From the human T2T-CHM13v2.0 reference genome, Homo sapiens, in assembly GCF_009914755.1 (NCBI RefSeq), contig NC_060925.1: 64,000 bases of DNA; one strand, 5' to 3'. The notes beneath the pieces are model-generated. The model made no database searches and had not been told where the DNA came from. It saw only the letters and a program-made list of their open reading frames with translations. This document shows, piece by piece, positions 12,701 to 25,200 of this stretch. How positions within the stretch are numbered: the first letter of the stretch is position 1; each line of letters begins with the position of its first letter. The position numbers were made by a program, and so were the translations under genes.

Positions 12701-15700
12701 AGGAGTGGAATGGAAAGGAGTGGAATGGAATGGACGGGAATGGAGAGGAGTGGAATGCATTGGAGTGGAGTGGAGTTGAATCGAATGGAATGGAATAGAA
12801 TGGAAAGGAATGGTGAAATGAAATGTGTGCTGAGATTGTGCCACTACACTCCGGGCTGGGTGACAGAGTGAGATACTCTCGAAAGAAGGGAGTGGAATGG
12901 AATGCAGTGGAGTGGAGTGAGTGGAGTGGAGTGGAGTGGAATGGAGTGAACTGGAGAGGAGTGGACTGGAGAGAAGTGGAGTGGAGTGGAATGGAGGGGA
13001 ATGGAATGGGATGGAATGGAATGGAATGAAGTGGAGTGGAGTGGGGTGGCGGGAAGTGCAGTAGAATGGAGGGGAATGGATTGGAATGGAGAGGAATGGA
13101 GTGGAGTGGAGTGTAGTTGAATGGAGAGGAGTAGAATGTAGTGGAATGGAATCAGATGTAATGGAATGTAGAGGAGTGGAGTGGAGTCGAACGGAGTGGA
13201 ATGGAAGGGAAAGGAATGGAATGGAAAGGATGTAATGGAAAGGAATGGAATGCAATTGAATGCAATGGAATAGAATGCAATGCAATGGAAAGTTGACATG
13301 TAATATGAGCTGAGATAGTGCCACTGCACTCAAGCCTGGGTGACACAGTGATATACAGTGGAAAGGAAGCTATGGAATGCCATGGAGTGAAATGTTATGG
13401 AATGGAATGGAATGGATTTGAGTGGAGTGGAATGGAGTTTAGTTCAATGGAATCGACTGGAATGGGATGGAGTGGAATGGAGTGGAGTGGAGTGAAATAG
13501 AGGGGAATGGAATGGGATGGAATGGAACGTAATTAAATGGTGAAAAGAAATGTGAGCTGAGATTGTGCCACAGCACTCCAGCCCCTGTGACAGAGAGAGA
13601 TCCTTTGGAAAGAAAGGGAAGGAATGGTATGGAATGGAATAGAATGGAATGGAAAGGAATGGAATGGAGTGGAGTGGAGTTTAGAGGAGTGGAGTGGAGA
13701 GGAGTGGAGTGGAATGGATTGGAGTGGAATAGAATGGAGTGGAGTGGAATGGAATGGAATAGAGTGGAATGGAATTGAATGGAGTGGAATGGAATGGAAT
13801 GGAGTGGGATAGAATGCAATGGAAATGAATGGAATGGAATGAAACGGGATGGAAAGGAATGAAATGGAGTGGAATGGAATCGTGAAAAGAAATGTGTGCT
13901 GAGATTGTGCCACTGCGCTACACCCTGTGTGAGAGAGGGAGATCTTGTCAAAAGAAAGGAGTGGAATGGAAGGGATTGGAATTGCACGGAATGGAATAGG
14001 TTGGAGTGGAGTGGAGTGGAATTCAGTGGATTGGAGTGGAGTGCAGTGGAATGGAAAGGAATGGAATGGTGAAATGAAAAATGGGGTGAGATTGTGCCAC
14101 TGCACTCCTGCCTGGGTGACAGAGTGAGATCCTGTCAAACGAAAGGAATGCAATCTAATGGAGTGCAATGGAATGGAATGGAGTGGAGTAGAGTGGATTG
14201 GAGAGGAAAGGAGTGCAATGGAATGGGATGGAAGGGAAAGGAGTGGAGTGGAATGGAATGGAGTGGAGTGAAGTGAATGGATTGCAATGGAGTGGAGTAG
14301 AGTAGAGCAGAATGGAACCGAATGGAACGGAATTGAATGGAATGGTGAAATGAAATGTCAGCTGAGATTGTGCCACTGCTCTCCAGGCTGGGTGACGGAG
14401 TGAGATACACTCGAAAGAAAGGAACGGAATGGAATGCAGTGGAATGGAATGGAATGGAATGGAGTGGACTGGAGTGGAGTGGAGTGAAGTAGAGTGGAGT
14501 GGAATGGAGAGGAATGGAATGGGATGGAATGGAATTGAATGAAGTGGAGTGGAGTGGGGTGGAGGGGAGTCCAGTGGAATGGAGCGGAATGGAATGGGAT
14601 GGAGTGGAATGGAGTGGTTTAGAGAGAAGGGGAGTGGAGAGGAGTGGAATGGAGTGGAATGGAATTGGATGTGATGTAATGTAGTAGAGTGGAGTGGAGT
14701 GGAATGGGATGGAATGTTGTGGAGTGGAGTGGAGTGGAAAGGAATAGAATGGAATGGAATGGAATGCAATAGAATGCAATGGAATTCAATGGAATGCAAT
14801 GGAATAGAATGCAATGAAATGGAAAGTTGTCATGTAATGTGAGCAGGGACTGTGCCACTGCTCTCCAGCCTGAGTGACACACTGACATAGTGTCGAAAGA
14901 AAGGAATGGAATGCAATGGAGTGAAATGGAATGGAGTGGAAAGGAGTGCAGTGAAGTGGAGTGGAGTGGAGCAGAGTGGAGTGGACTGCAATGGAATGGA
15001 AAGGAGTGGAGTGGAATGGAATGGTAAGGAATGGAATGGTAAGGAATTGAGTGGAGTGTAATGGAAGGGAGAGGAAACGAGTGGAGTGGAGTAGAATGCA
15101 ATGGAATGGAATGGAATGGAAGGGAAAGGAACGGAGTGGAAGGGAAAGGAATGGAGTGGAATGGAATGAAATGGAATGGAGTGGAGTGGAATGGAGTGGA
15201 GTGGAGTGGAATGGAGTGGAGAGGAGTGGAGTGGAGTGGAATGGAATGGAGTGGAATGAAATGGAATGGAGTGGAATGGAGTGGAAAAGAGTGGAAAAGA
15301 GTGGAATGGAATGCGGTGGAATGAAATGGAGTGGAGTGGACTGGAGTAGAGTGAAAAGGAATGCAGTGGAATGGAATGAATTGTAATGGAATGGAATGGA
15401 ATGGAATGAAATGGAATGGAATGAAATGGTGAAAAGGAATGTGTGCTGAGATTGTGCCACGTGCTACAGCCTGTGTGACAGAGGGAGATCCTGTCGAAAG
15501 AAAGGAGTGGAATGGAAGGGATTGGAATGGAATGGAATGGAATCGATTGGAGTGGAGTGGAGTAGAATTCAGTGGAGTGGAGTAGAGTGCAGTGGAACAG
15601 AATGGAATGGAATGAAATGGTGAAGTAAAATATGAGATGAGATTCTGCCACTGCACACAAGCCTTGGTGACAGAGTGAGATCCTGTCAAAAGAAAGGAAT

Positions 15701-16290
15701 GGAAAGGAAAGGAGTGGAATGGAATGGAGTGGGGAGGATTGGTGTGGAGTGGAAAGGAGTGGAATGAAATGGGATGGAATGGAAAGGAGTGGAGTGGAAT
15801 GGACTGGAGTGGAGTGGAGTGGAATGGATTGGAGTGGAGTGGAGTGGAGTAGAGTGGAATAGAGTGGAATGGAATGCAATGGAATGATGAAATGAAATGT
15901 GAGCTGAGATTGTGCCACTGCGCTGCAGGCTGGGTGACAGAGTGAGATACTTTCGAAAGAAAGGAATAGAAGAGAATGCAGGGAAATGGAATGGAATTGA
16001 ATGGAGTGGACTGAAGTGGAGAGGAGTGGGGTGAAGTAGAGTTGACTGGAATGGAGAAGCATGCAATGAGATGGAATGGAATTGAATGGAATGGAATGAA
16101 GTGGAGATGAGTGGGGTGGAGAAGATTGCAGTGGAATGGAGCAGAATAGAATGGGATGGACTGGAATGGAGCGCTGTGGAGTGCAGTGCAGAGGAGAGGA
16201 GTGGAATGGCATGGAATGGAGTTGGATATAATGGAATTTAGTGTGGTGGAGTGGAGTAAAGTAGAACGGAGTGGTATGGAATGGAATGGA
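6791..16290 (+). repeat. Divergent HSat3 (GGAAT/GGAGT)n composite with about 28 interspersed Alu 3'-end fragments
   Basis: Pentamer runs are interrupted every ~150-700 bp by aatggtgaaa(t/a)gaaatgtgagctgagattgtgccactgcactccagcctgggtgacagagtgagatcctgtcaaaagaaagg or close variants. Confidence 0.92.
12583..12645 (+). mobile_element. Representative Alu right-end fragment (~60 bp, non-autonomous, amplified with the satellite)
   Basis: tgagctgagattgtgccactgcacaccagcctgggtgacagagtgagaccccgtcaaaa aligns with the recalled Alu 3' end GTGAGCCGAGATCGCGCCACTGCACTCCAGCCTGGGCGACAGAGCGAGAC..GTCTC-A(n), mostly differing by CpG to TpG. Other copies start near 6791, 6945, 7228, 7710, 7921, 8343, 8502, 8766, 9198, 9453, 9685, 10275, 10462, 10834, 11212, 11914, 12409, 12823, 13304, 13550, 13892, 14081, 14355, 14837, 15439, 15630 and 15897. 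Confidence 0.88.
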
Positions 16291-19200
16291 ATAGAAGAGA
16301 ATGGATTCGAATGGAATGGACTGGAATGGAATGGAATGGAATGGAATGGACTCAAATGGAATGGAATCGAATGAAATGGAATCTAATGAAACGTAATCGA
16401 ATGGAATGGACTTGAATTGAATGGAACGGAATGGAACGGTCTGGAATGCAATGGAATCACATGGAATAGAATCGAGTAGAATGGAATGGACTCGAATGGA
16501 AAGGAATGGAAATGAAAGGAATAGAAATGGAATGGACTTGAATGGAATGGACTGGAATGGAATGCAATCGAATGGAATGGAATTGAACAGAATGGAATCA
16601 AATGGAATGGAATGGAATCGAATGGAATGGACAGGAATGGAATGGTCCTGAAAGGAAAGGAATGGAGTGGAAAAGAATGGAATGGAATGGAGTGGAATAG
16701 AATGGAATAGAATTTAATGGAATGGAACGGACTCGAATGAAATGGCCTGGAGTGGAATGGAATCGAATGGAATGGAATCGAATGGAATGGAATCGAATGG
16801 AATGGAATGGAATGGATTGGAATGGAAAAGAATCGAATCAAATCAAATGGAATGGAATCGAATGGAAGGGAAGGGAATGGAATGGAATATAATGGAATGG
16901 ATTCAAATGGAATGGAATGGAATTGAATGTAACACAATGGAATGGAATAGAATCTAATGGCATGGAATGGAAAGGAATGGAATAGATTTGAAAGGAATGG
17001 AATGGAATGGACTCAAAAGGAATGGACTTAAATGGCATGGAATGGAGTGGAATGGTATGGAATGGAATGGAATGGAATGGAATGGAATGGAATGGAATGG
17101 AATGGATTTGAACGGAATGGAATGGAAAGGAAAGGAATGGAATGGACTGGAATGGAATGGACTGGAATGAATTGGAATGGAATGGAATGGAATGGAATGG
17201 AATGGAATGGAATGGAATGAAATGGAATGGATTTGAACGGAATGGAATGGAAAGGAAAGGAATGGAATGGACTGGAAAGGAATGGACTGGAATGAATTGG
17301 AATTGAATGGAATGGAATTGATTGGAGTGGAATGCAATGGAATGGACTGGAATGGAATGGACTCTAATGGAATGCAGTGTAATAGAACGGTCCCAAATGG
17401 AATCTAATCGAATGGAATGGAATCAAATGGAATGGAAAGTAATAGAATGGAATCGAATGGAATGGACTCGAATGAAATGTACTGGAATGGAAAGGACTCG
17501 AATGGAATGGACTGAAATGGAACAGATTCAAAGGGAATGGAATTGAATGGAGTGGAATGAAACGGAACGGACTGGAATGGAATGGAATGGAATGGACTCT
17601 AATGGAATGGAGTGTAATAGAACAGTCCCAAATGGAATCTAATCGAATGGAATGGAATCGAATGGAATGGAAAGGAATAGAATGGAATCGAATGGAATGG
17701 ACTCGAATGAAATGTACTGGAATGGAATGGACTCGAATGGAATGGACTGAAATGGAACAGATTCAAAGGGAATGGAATTGAATGGAAGGTACTCGAATGG
17801 AATAAAATGGAATGGAATGGAATGGATACGAATAGAATGGATTCTAATAGAATGGACTGAAGTGGAATGGATTCAACTGGATGGACTCAAATGGCATGTA
17901 ATCGAACGGAATGGAATCGAACGGGATGGAATCGAATGGAATAGAATCGAATGGAAAGGAATCGAATGGAATGGACTGGAAGGAAATGGAATTGATTAGA
18001 ATGTACTCAAATGGAAAGGACTCGAAAGGAAAGGAATTGAATAGAATGGAATAGAATGGAATGAAATCTAACTTAATGGAATGGAATCGAATGGAATGCA
18101 ATCAAATGGAATGCAATGGAATGGAATGAAATGGAATGGAATCAAAAGGAATGGAATCGAGTGGAAGTATTGAATGGAATGGAATCTAATGGAATGAAAT
18201 GGTCTCGAATGGAATCCACTGGAATAGAATGGACTCGAATAGAACAGACTAAAAAGGAAAGAAATCGAAAGGAATGGAATCGATGGCAATAGAACCGAAT
18301 GGTATGGAATAGAAAGGAATGCAATCGAATGGAATGGAATGGTATGGAATGGAATGGAATCGAATTGAATGGAATGTAATTGAGTGGAATGGAGATAAAT
18401 GGCAAAGAATCTAATGGAATGTAATCTAATGGAATGGAATCGGACAGAATGGAATGGAATGGAATGGAATAGAATGGAATGAAATGGAATGGACCCAAAC
18501 GTAATGGACTGGAATTGAGTGGACTCGAATGGAATGGATTGGAATGGAAAAAACTCGAATGGAATGCACTAGAATGGAATGGAATCTAATGTAATGGAAT
18601 CAAATGGAATGGAATTCAATAGAATGGAATCGAATGGAATAGACTGGAATGGAATCGACTCGAATGGATTGGAATCAAATATAATAGAATGTAATGTAAT
18701 GTAATATAATGGAAAAGAATGGAAGCAAATGGAATGAACTCGAATGGAATGGACTGGAATTGAATGGACTCGAATGAAATGGACTTGAACGGAATGGAAT
18801 CTAGTGGAATTGAATTAAATTGAATGGAATCGATTGTAATGGACTGGAAAGGAATGGACTGGAAAGGAATTGAATGGAATGGAATGGAACGGAACGGAAT
18901 GGAATCCAAGGGAATGGAGTGGAAGAGAATCGAATGTAACAGAATCGAATGGAATGAAATCAAATGAAAAGGGATCGAATGGAATGGAATCAAATGGAGT
19001 GGAATCTAATTAAATGGAATGGAATCGAATGGAATGGAATCAAATGGAATGGAATCAAATTGAAAGGAGTCGAACGGCACCAAATGGAATCGAATGGATT
19101 GCGTTGAAGTGGAGTGGAGTGTAATAGACTGGAATGGAATGGGGTGGAATGGAATTGAATGTAGAGGAGGGGAGTGGAGTTCAATGGAGTCAAATATAAT

Positions 19201-22200
19201 GGAAGGGGAAGGAGTGGAATTGAACGGAATGGAGTGTAATGGAGTGGAGTGGAATGTAATGCAATGGAATGGAATGGAATGGAATGGAATGGAATAGAAT
19301 GGAATGGAGTTAATGGATTCCAAAGGAGTGGAATGGAAGGAAATGGAGTGGATGGAATGGAGTTTAGTGCAGTGGAGTGGAATGGAATGAAATGGAATGG
19401 ACTTCAAAGCACTGGAGCCGAATGAAATGGAATTGAATGCAATGGAATGGAACGGAAAGGAATGGACTCCAAAGGACAGGAGTCGAATGGAATGGAATTG
19501 AATGCAATGTAATGGAATGGAATGTAATGGATTGGAATGGAATGGAATTGAATTGAATGCAATTAAATGGAATGGAAAGGAACGCAATGGAATGGAATGG
19601 AGTGGAATGCAATGGAATCAAATTGAATGGAATGGAATCGAGTAGAATGTAAATGAATTGAATGGAATGGAATGAAATGGAATGGAATCGAATGGAATGG
19701 AATGCAATGAAATGCAATAGAAAGGACTGGAATGGAATGGAATCGAATCAAGTTTAATGGAATCAATTAGAATGGGACTGAATGGAATGGACTGGACTGG
19801 AATGGAATGGAGTGAAACGGACTCGAATGGAATGGAATGGAATGGGCTCGAATGGATTGGACCCGAATGGAATGGAATCGAATGCAATGGAATGCAATGG
19901 AACAGAATAGAATGGAATGGAATGGAATGGACTCTAATGTAATGGAATGGAATGCTATGGACTCGAATAGAATGAATTCGAATGGAATGTACTCGAAAGG
20001 AATGGACACGAACGGAATGCAATCGAATGGAATGGAATCTAATAGAAAGGAATTGAATGAAATGGACTGGAAGGGAATGGTTTCGCATGGAATGGAATGG
20101 AAGAGAATGGAATGGATTCGAATCGAATCAAATGGAATGGACTGAAATAGAATGGACTCGAATGGAATGGACTCCAATGGAATGGACTTGAAAGGAATGC
20201 AATTGAATGGAATGGAATCAAATGGAATGGATTCGAAGGGAATGAAATGCAATCAAAAGGAATGGAATCAAACGGAGTGGAATGGAATGCAATGGAGTCG
20301 AATGTAAAGGACTGTAATGGAAAGGACTGGAATCAAATGGACTCACATGGAATGGAGTCAAATGGAATGGAATCAAATAGAATAAAATGGAATGGAATGG
20401 AATGAAATCGAATGGAAAGGAATATAATTGAATATAAGGGACTGGAATGGAATGTACTTGAATGAAATGGACTTGAATGAAAAGGATTTGAATGGAATGG
20501 ATTCGAATGGATTGGAATTAAACGAAATGGTCTCGAATGGAATGCAATCGAGTAGGATGGACTCGAATGGGATGGAATCTTATGGAATGGAGTGCAATGG
20601 AATGGACTCGAAAGAATGGACTCAAATGGAATGGATTTGAATGCAATGAAATGGAATGGAATCGTAAATAATGGAATGGACTCGATTGTAATGGATTGTA
20701 TTGGAATGCACTAGAATGGAATGGACTCGAATGGAATGGAACAAAATGGAATGGATAGGATTGGAATGTACTAGAATGTAAATGACTAGAAGGGAATGGA
20801 CTTGAATGGAATTGACTCGAATGGAACACAATCGGATGGAATGGAATGCAATGGAAAGGAATGGAGTGGAATGGAATGGACTGTAATCGAATGGACTTGA
20901 AAGGAAGGGACTCGAATGGAATGGACTCGAATGGAATGGAATCGAATGGAATGGAATCAAAAGGAATGGACTGGAATGCAATAGAATCGAATGGAATGGA
21001 CTCGATTGGAATGGAATGGAATGGAATGGAATGGACTCAAAAGGAATGGAATAAAATGGAATGCAATCAAATGGAATAGAATGGAATGGAATGGAATGCA
21101 ATGGAATGAAATGACATGGACTCGATGGAATGGACTAGAATGGAGTGGAATGTACTCACATTAATGGACTGGAATGGAATGGACTCAAATGGAATGGAGT
21201 CGAATGGAATAGAATCAAATGGAATGGAATCCAATGGAATGGAATCACAATGAATGGTAAGGACGGGAATGGACTCAAATGGAAGGGAATCGAATGGAAT
21301 GGAATGGACTGAAGTGGAATGGAATGGACTCGAAATGGATGGACTGGAATGGAACCGTCTCCAATGAAATAGACTCGTATGGATTGGAATCAAATGGAAT
21401 AGAGTCAAATGGAATGGACTAGAACGGAATGTAATAGAATAGAATGGAATCAAAAGGAATGGAATAGAGTGGAATGGAACGAATTTAAAGGACTTGAATG
21501 GAACAGTCTCGAATAGAATGGAATCAAATGGAATGGAAAGGAATGGAATGGAATGGACTCGAATGGCAGGGAAAGGCAAGGATTGGAATCAAACGGAATG
21601 GAATCGAATGGAATAGAATCAGATGGAATGAAGTGCAATGGAATGGAATTAATACGAATTTATTGGACTGGAATGGAATGGAATCACGTAGAATGGAATG
21701 GAAGGAATGGACTCAAATGTAATAGACTTGAATGGAATGGACTCGAACGGAATGGAATGGAATGGATTCGAATATAATAGAATGAAATGGCACAGACTTG
21801 AAGGGAATGGACTCGAATGGAATGGAAAGGAAAGGAAAGGAAAGGAAAGGAATGGAAAGGAATGGAGTAGAATGGAATGGAATGGAATCGAATGTAATGG
21901 ACTGGAAGGGAATGGAATCGAACTCAATGGACTGGAATGCAATGGACTCGTATGGAATGGACTTGAATGGAATGAACTCAAACAGAATGGACTCGAATGG
22001 AATGCAATCGATTGGAAAGGAATCAAATGGAATGCAATCGATTAGAATGTAATCTATCAGACTCGAAAGTAACGGACTCCTTTGGAATGGCCCCGAATAC
22101 AATGCACTTGAATAGAATGGATTCAAATGGAATGGAGTCGAATGGGATGGAATCGAATGGAATGGACAGGAACGGAATGGACACGAATGGAATGGACTGG

Positions 22201-25200
22201 AATGGAATGGTCTCGAGTGGAAGGGAATGGAATGGAATGGAATGGAAAGGAATGGAAAGGAATGGAATGGAATAGAATGGAATGGAATGGAATGGAATGG
22301 AATGGAATGGAAAGTAATTGAATGCAATGAACAGGAACAGACTGGACTCGAATGGAATGGACTCGAATGGAATGCATTCAAATGGAATGGACTCGAATGG
22401 TCTTAAATGGAATGGACTCAAAAGGAATGGTCTCCAATGGAATGGATTTGAATGAAATGCAGTCGAATGGAATGGAAGCGAATGGAGTGGAAAGGAATGG
22501 AATGGACTGGAAGGGAAAGGACAGCAATGGAATGGACTCGAAAGGAATGGACTGGAATGGAAAGGACTCGAAAGGAATGGATTCAAAAGGAATGGAATGG
22601 AATGGAATGGAATGGAATGGAATCAAAAGGAATGGACTAGAATGGAACAGTCTCGAATGGAATGCAATTCAATGGAATGGAATCGAATGCAATGTAATTG
22701 AATGGAATGGAAAGGAATGGAATGAAATGGAAAGGAATGCAATGGAATGGAAATGAATGTAATGGAATGGCATGGAATGGAATCAAACGTACTGGAATCC
22801 AATGGAATAGAATCTAATGGAATGGAATGAAATGGAATGGAATTGATCAGAATGGAACGGACTGGAATGGAATAGAATGGATTGGATTCGAATGGAATGG
22901 ACTCGAATGGAATAGACATCAATGGAATGGTCTCGAATGGAATGGAATGAAATCGTATAGAATCAAATGGAGTGGAATGGAATGGAATTGAATGGGAGGG
23001 AATCGACAGGAATGGTTTGGAATTGAATGGAATTGAATGGAATGGACTCCAATGGAATGAAGGCAAATGGAATGGAATCGAACGGAATGGAATCCACTGG
23101 AATGGAAGGGTAAGGAATGGAGTCAAATTGAGTCTACTGGAATGGAATGGAATGGAATGGAAAGGAATGGAATGTAACCGAATGAAATGGAAACGAATGG
23201 AATGGAATGGAAAAGAATGTAATAGAATGGCATGGAATGGAATCAAACGTACTGGAATCGAATGGAGTAGAATCCAATGGAATGGAATGAAATGGAATGG
23301 AATTGATTTGAATGGAATGGACTGGAATGGAATGGAATCGCATGCAATGTAATATAAAGGAATGGAATGGAATTGAATGGACACCAATGTAATGGACTGG
23401 AATGCCATAGACTCGAAGGGAATTGACTCAAACGGAATGGAAAGTAATGGAATGGAATGGAATGGAATCAAATGTGATGGAATGGAATGCAATGGGCACC
23501 AATGGGGTGGACTTGAATGGAATGGACTCTATTGGAATGGAATCGAATGGAATGCAATAGAATGTAAAGGAATCGAAAGGAATGGAATCGAATCGAATGT
23601 AATCTGATGGACTCAACTGGAATGGACTACTTTGGAATGGAATAGAATGAAATGTTATCGAATGGAAAGGAATTGAATGGAATGGAATCGACTGAAATGG
23701 AATAAACTCGAATGGAATGGACTAGAATGGATAGTTGTCGATTGAAATGGAATGGAATTATATTGAATGAAATGGAATGCAATGGAATGGAATGGAATCG
23801 AATGAAATGGACTGGAATGGAATGGACTCGAATGGAATGGACTCGAATGGAATGGATTCGAATGGAATGGATTCCAATTGTCTGAAATGGAAAGGACTCG
23901 AATGGAATGGTCTCCAATGGAATGGACTTGAAAGGAATGCAAACGAATGGAAAGGAATCAAATGTAATATAATCGAATGGAGTGGAATGCAATGGAATGG
24001 ACTGGAAGGGAATGGACTGCAATGGAAAGGAGTCGAATGGAATCGACTGTAATGGAATGGACTCCAACGGAATGGACCCGAAAGGAATGCAATCGAAAGG
24101 AATGGAAGCAAATGGAATGGAATGGAGTCGAATGGAATGCACTCGAATGGAATAGTCTCCAATGGAAAGGACTCTAATGGAACGCAATTAAATGGAACGG
24201 ATTTGAATGGAATGGAATCCAATGGAATGGAATGGAATGGGATTGAATGCATTCAAAAGGAATTGAAAGGAATGAAATGGAATTTTAAATGAATGGAATA
24301 TAATAGAATACAATAAAATGGAATGAAATGGAATTTAATTGAATGAAACGGAATAGAATGGAATGGAAAGGAATGTAATGGAATCTAACGGAATGAAATA
24401 GAATGCAAAAGAATCGAATGGAAAGGAAAGGAATGGAATGGAAAAGAATGGAATGCAATTGAAAGGAATGCACTGGAATGGAATGGAATCGAATGGAATG
24501 GAATCAAATAGAATGGACTGGAATGGAATGGACTCGAATGGAACGGTCTCGAATGGAATGAAATGCAATGGAATGGAATGGAATCGATTCGAATGGAATG
24601 GAATGGAGTGGAATGGAATCAAACGGAAGGGAATCTAATGGAATGGTCTGGAATTGAATGGACTCGAATTCAATGCACTCCAATGGAATCAACTCGAATT
24701 GAATTGACAGGAATAGAACCGACTCAAATAAAATGGACGTGAATGTATTGGAATTGAAAAGAATGGACTTGAATGGAATGGAATTGAACGGAATGGAATC
24801 GAATGGAATAAAATTGAATCAAAATGAATCGAATGGATTGGCATGGAATGGAGCATAATTTAATGAAATGGAATGGAATGGAATGGAATGGATTCGAATG
24901 GAATGGAATGGAATGGAATAGAATGGCACGGAATGGAATCGAACTTAACAGAAAGGAATGAAATAGAATCAAACTGATTGGAATGGAAATGTTTCGAATG
25001 GAATGGACTGGAATGAAATGGAATCGAACAAAATGGAATGGAATTGAATGGAGTGGAAAGGAATGGAGTGAATTGGAATGGACTGGAAAAGATTCGAATG
25101 GAATGGACTGGAATGGAGAGGCAATGTATAGAATGGAATGGAGTGGAATGGAATGGACACAAAAGGAAGGGACTGGAATGCAAAGGTCTCAAATGGAATA

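Noticed and set aside
6791-16000. Independent or active Alu insertions
   Set aside because: Shared truncation point, no promoter boxes, no individual target-site duplications and a periodic order all indicate passive tandem amplification.
6791-16290. CRISPR-like appearance of conserved ~60-bp repeats separated by variable spacers
   Set aside because: The repeats are Alu ends, the spacers are low-complexity satellite of 100-700 bp, there are no cas genes and the DNA is primate.
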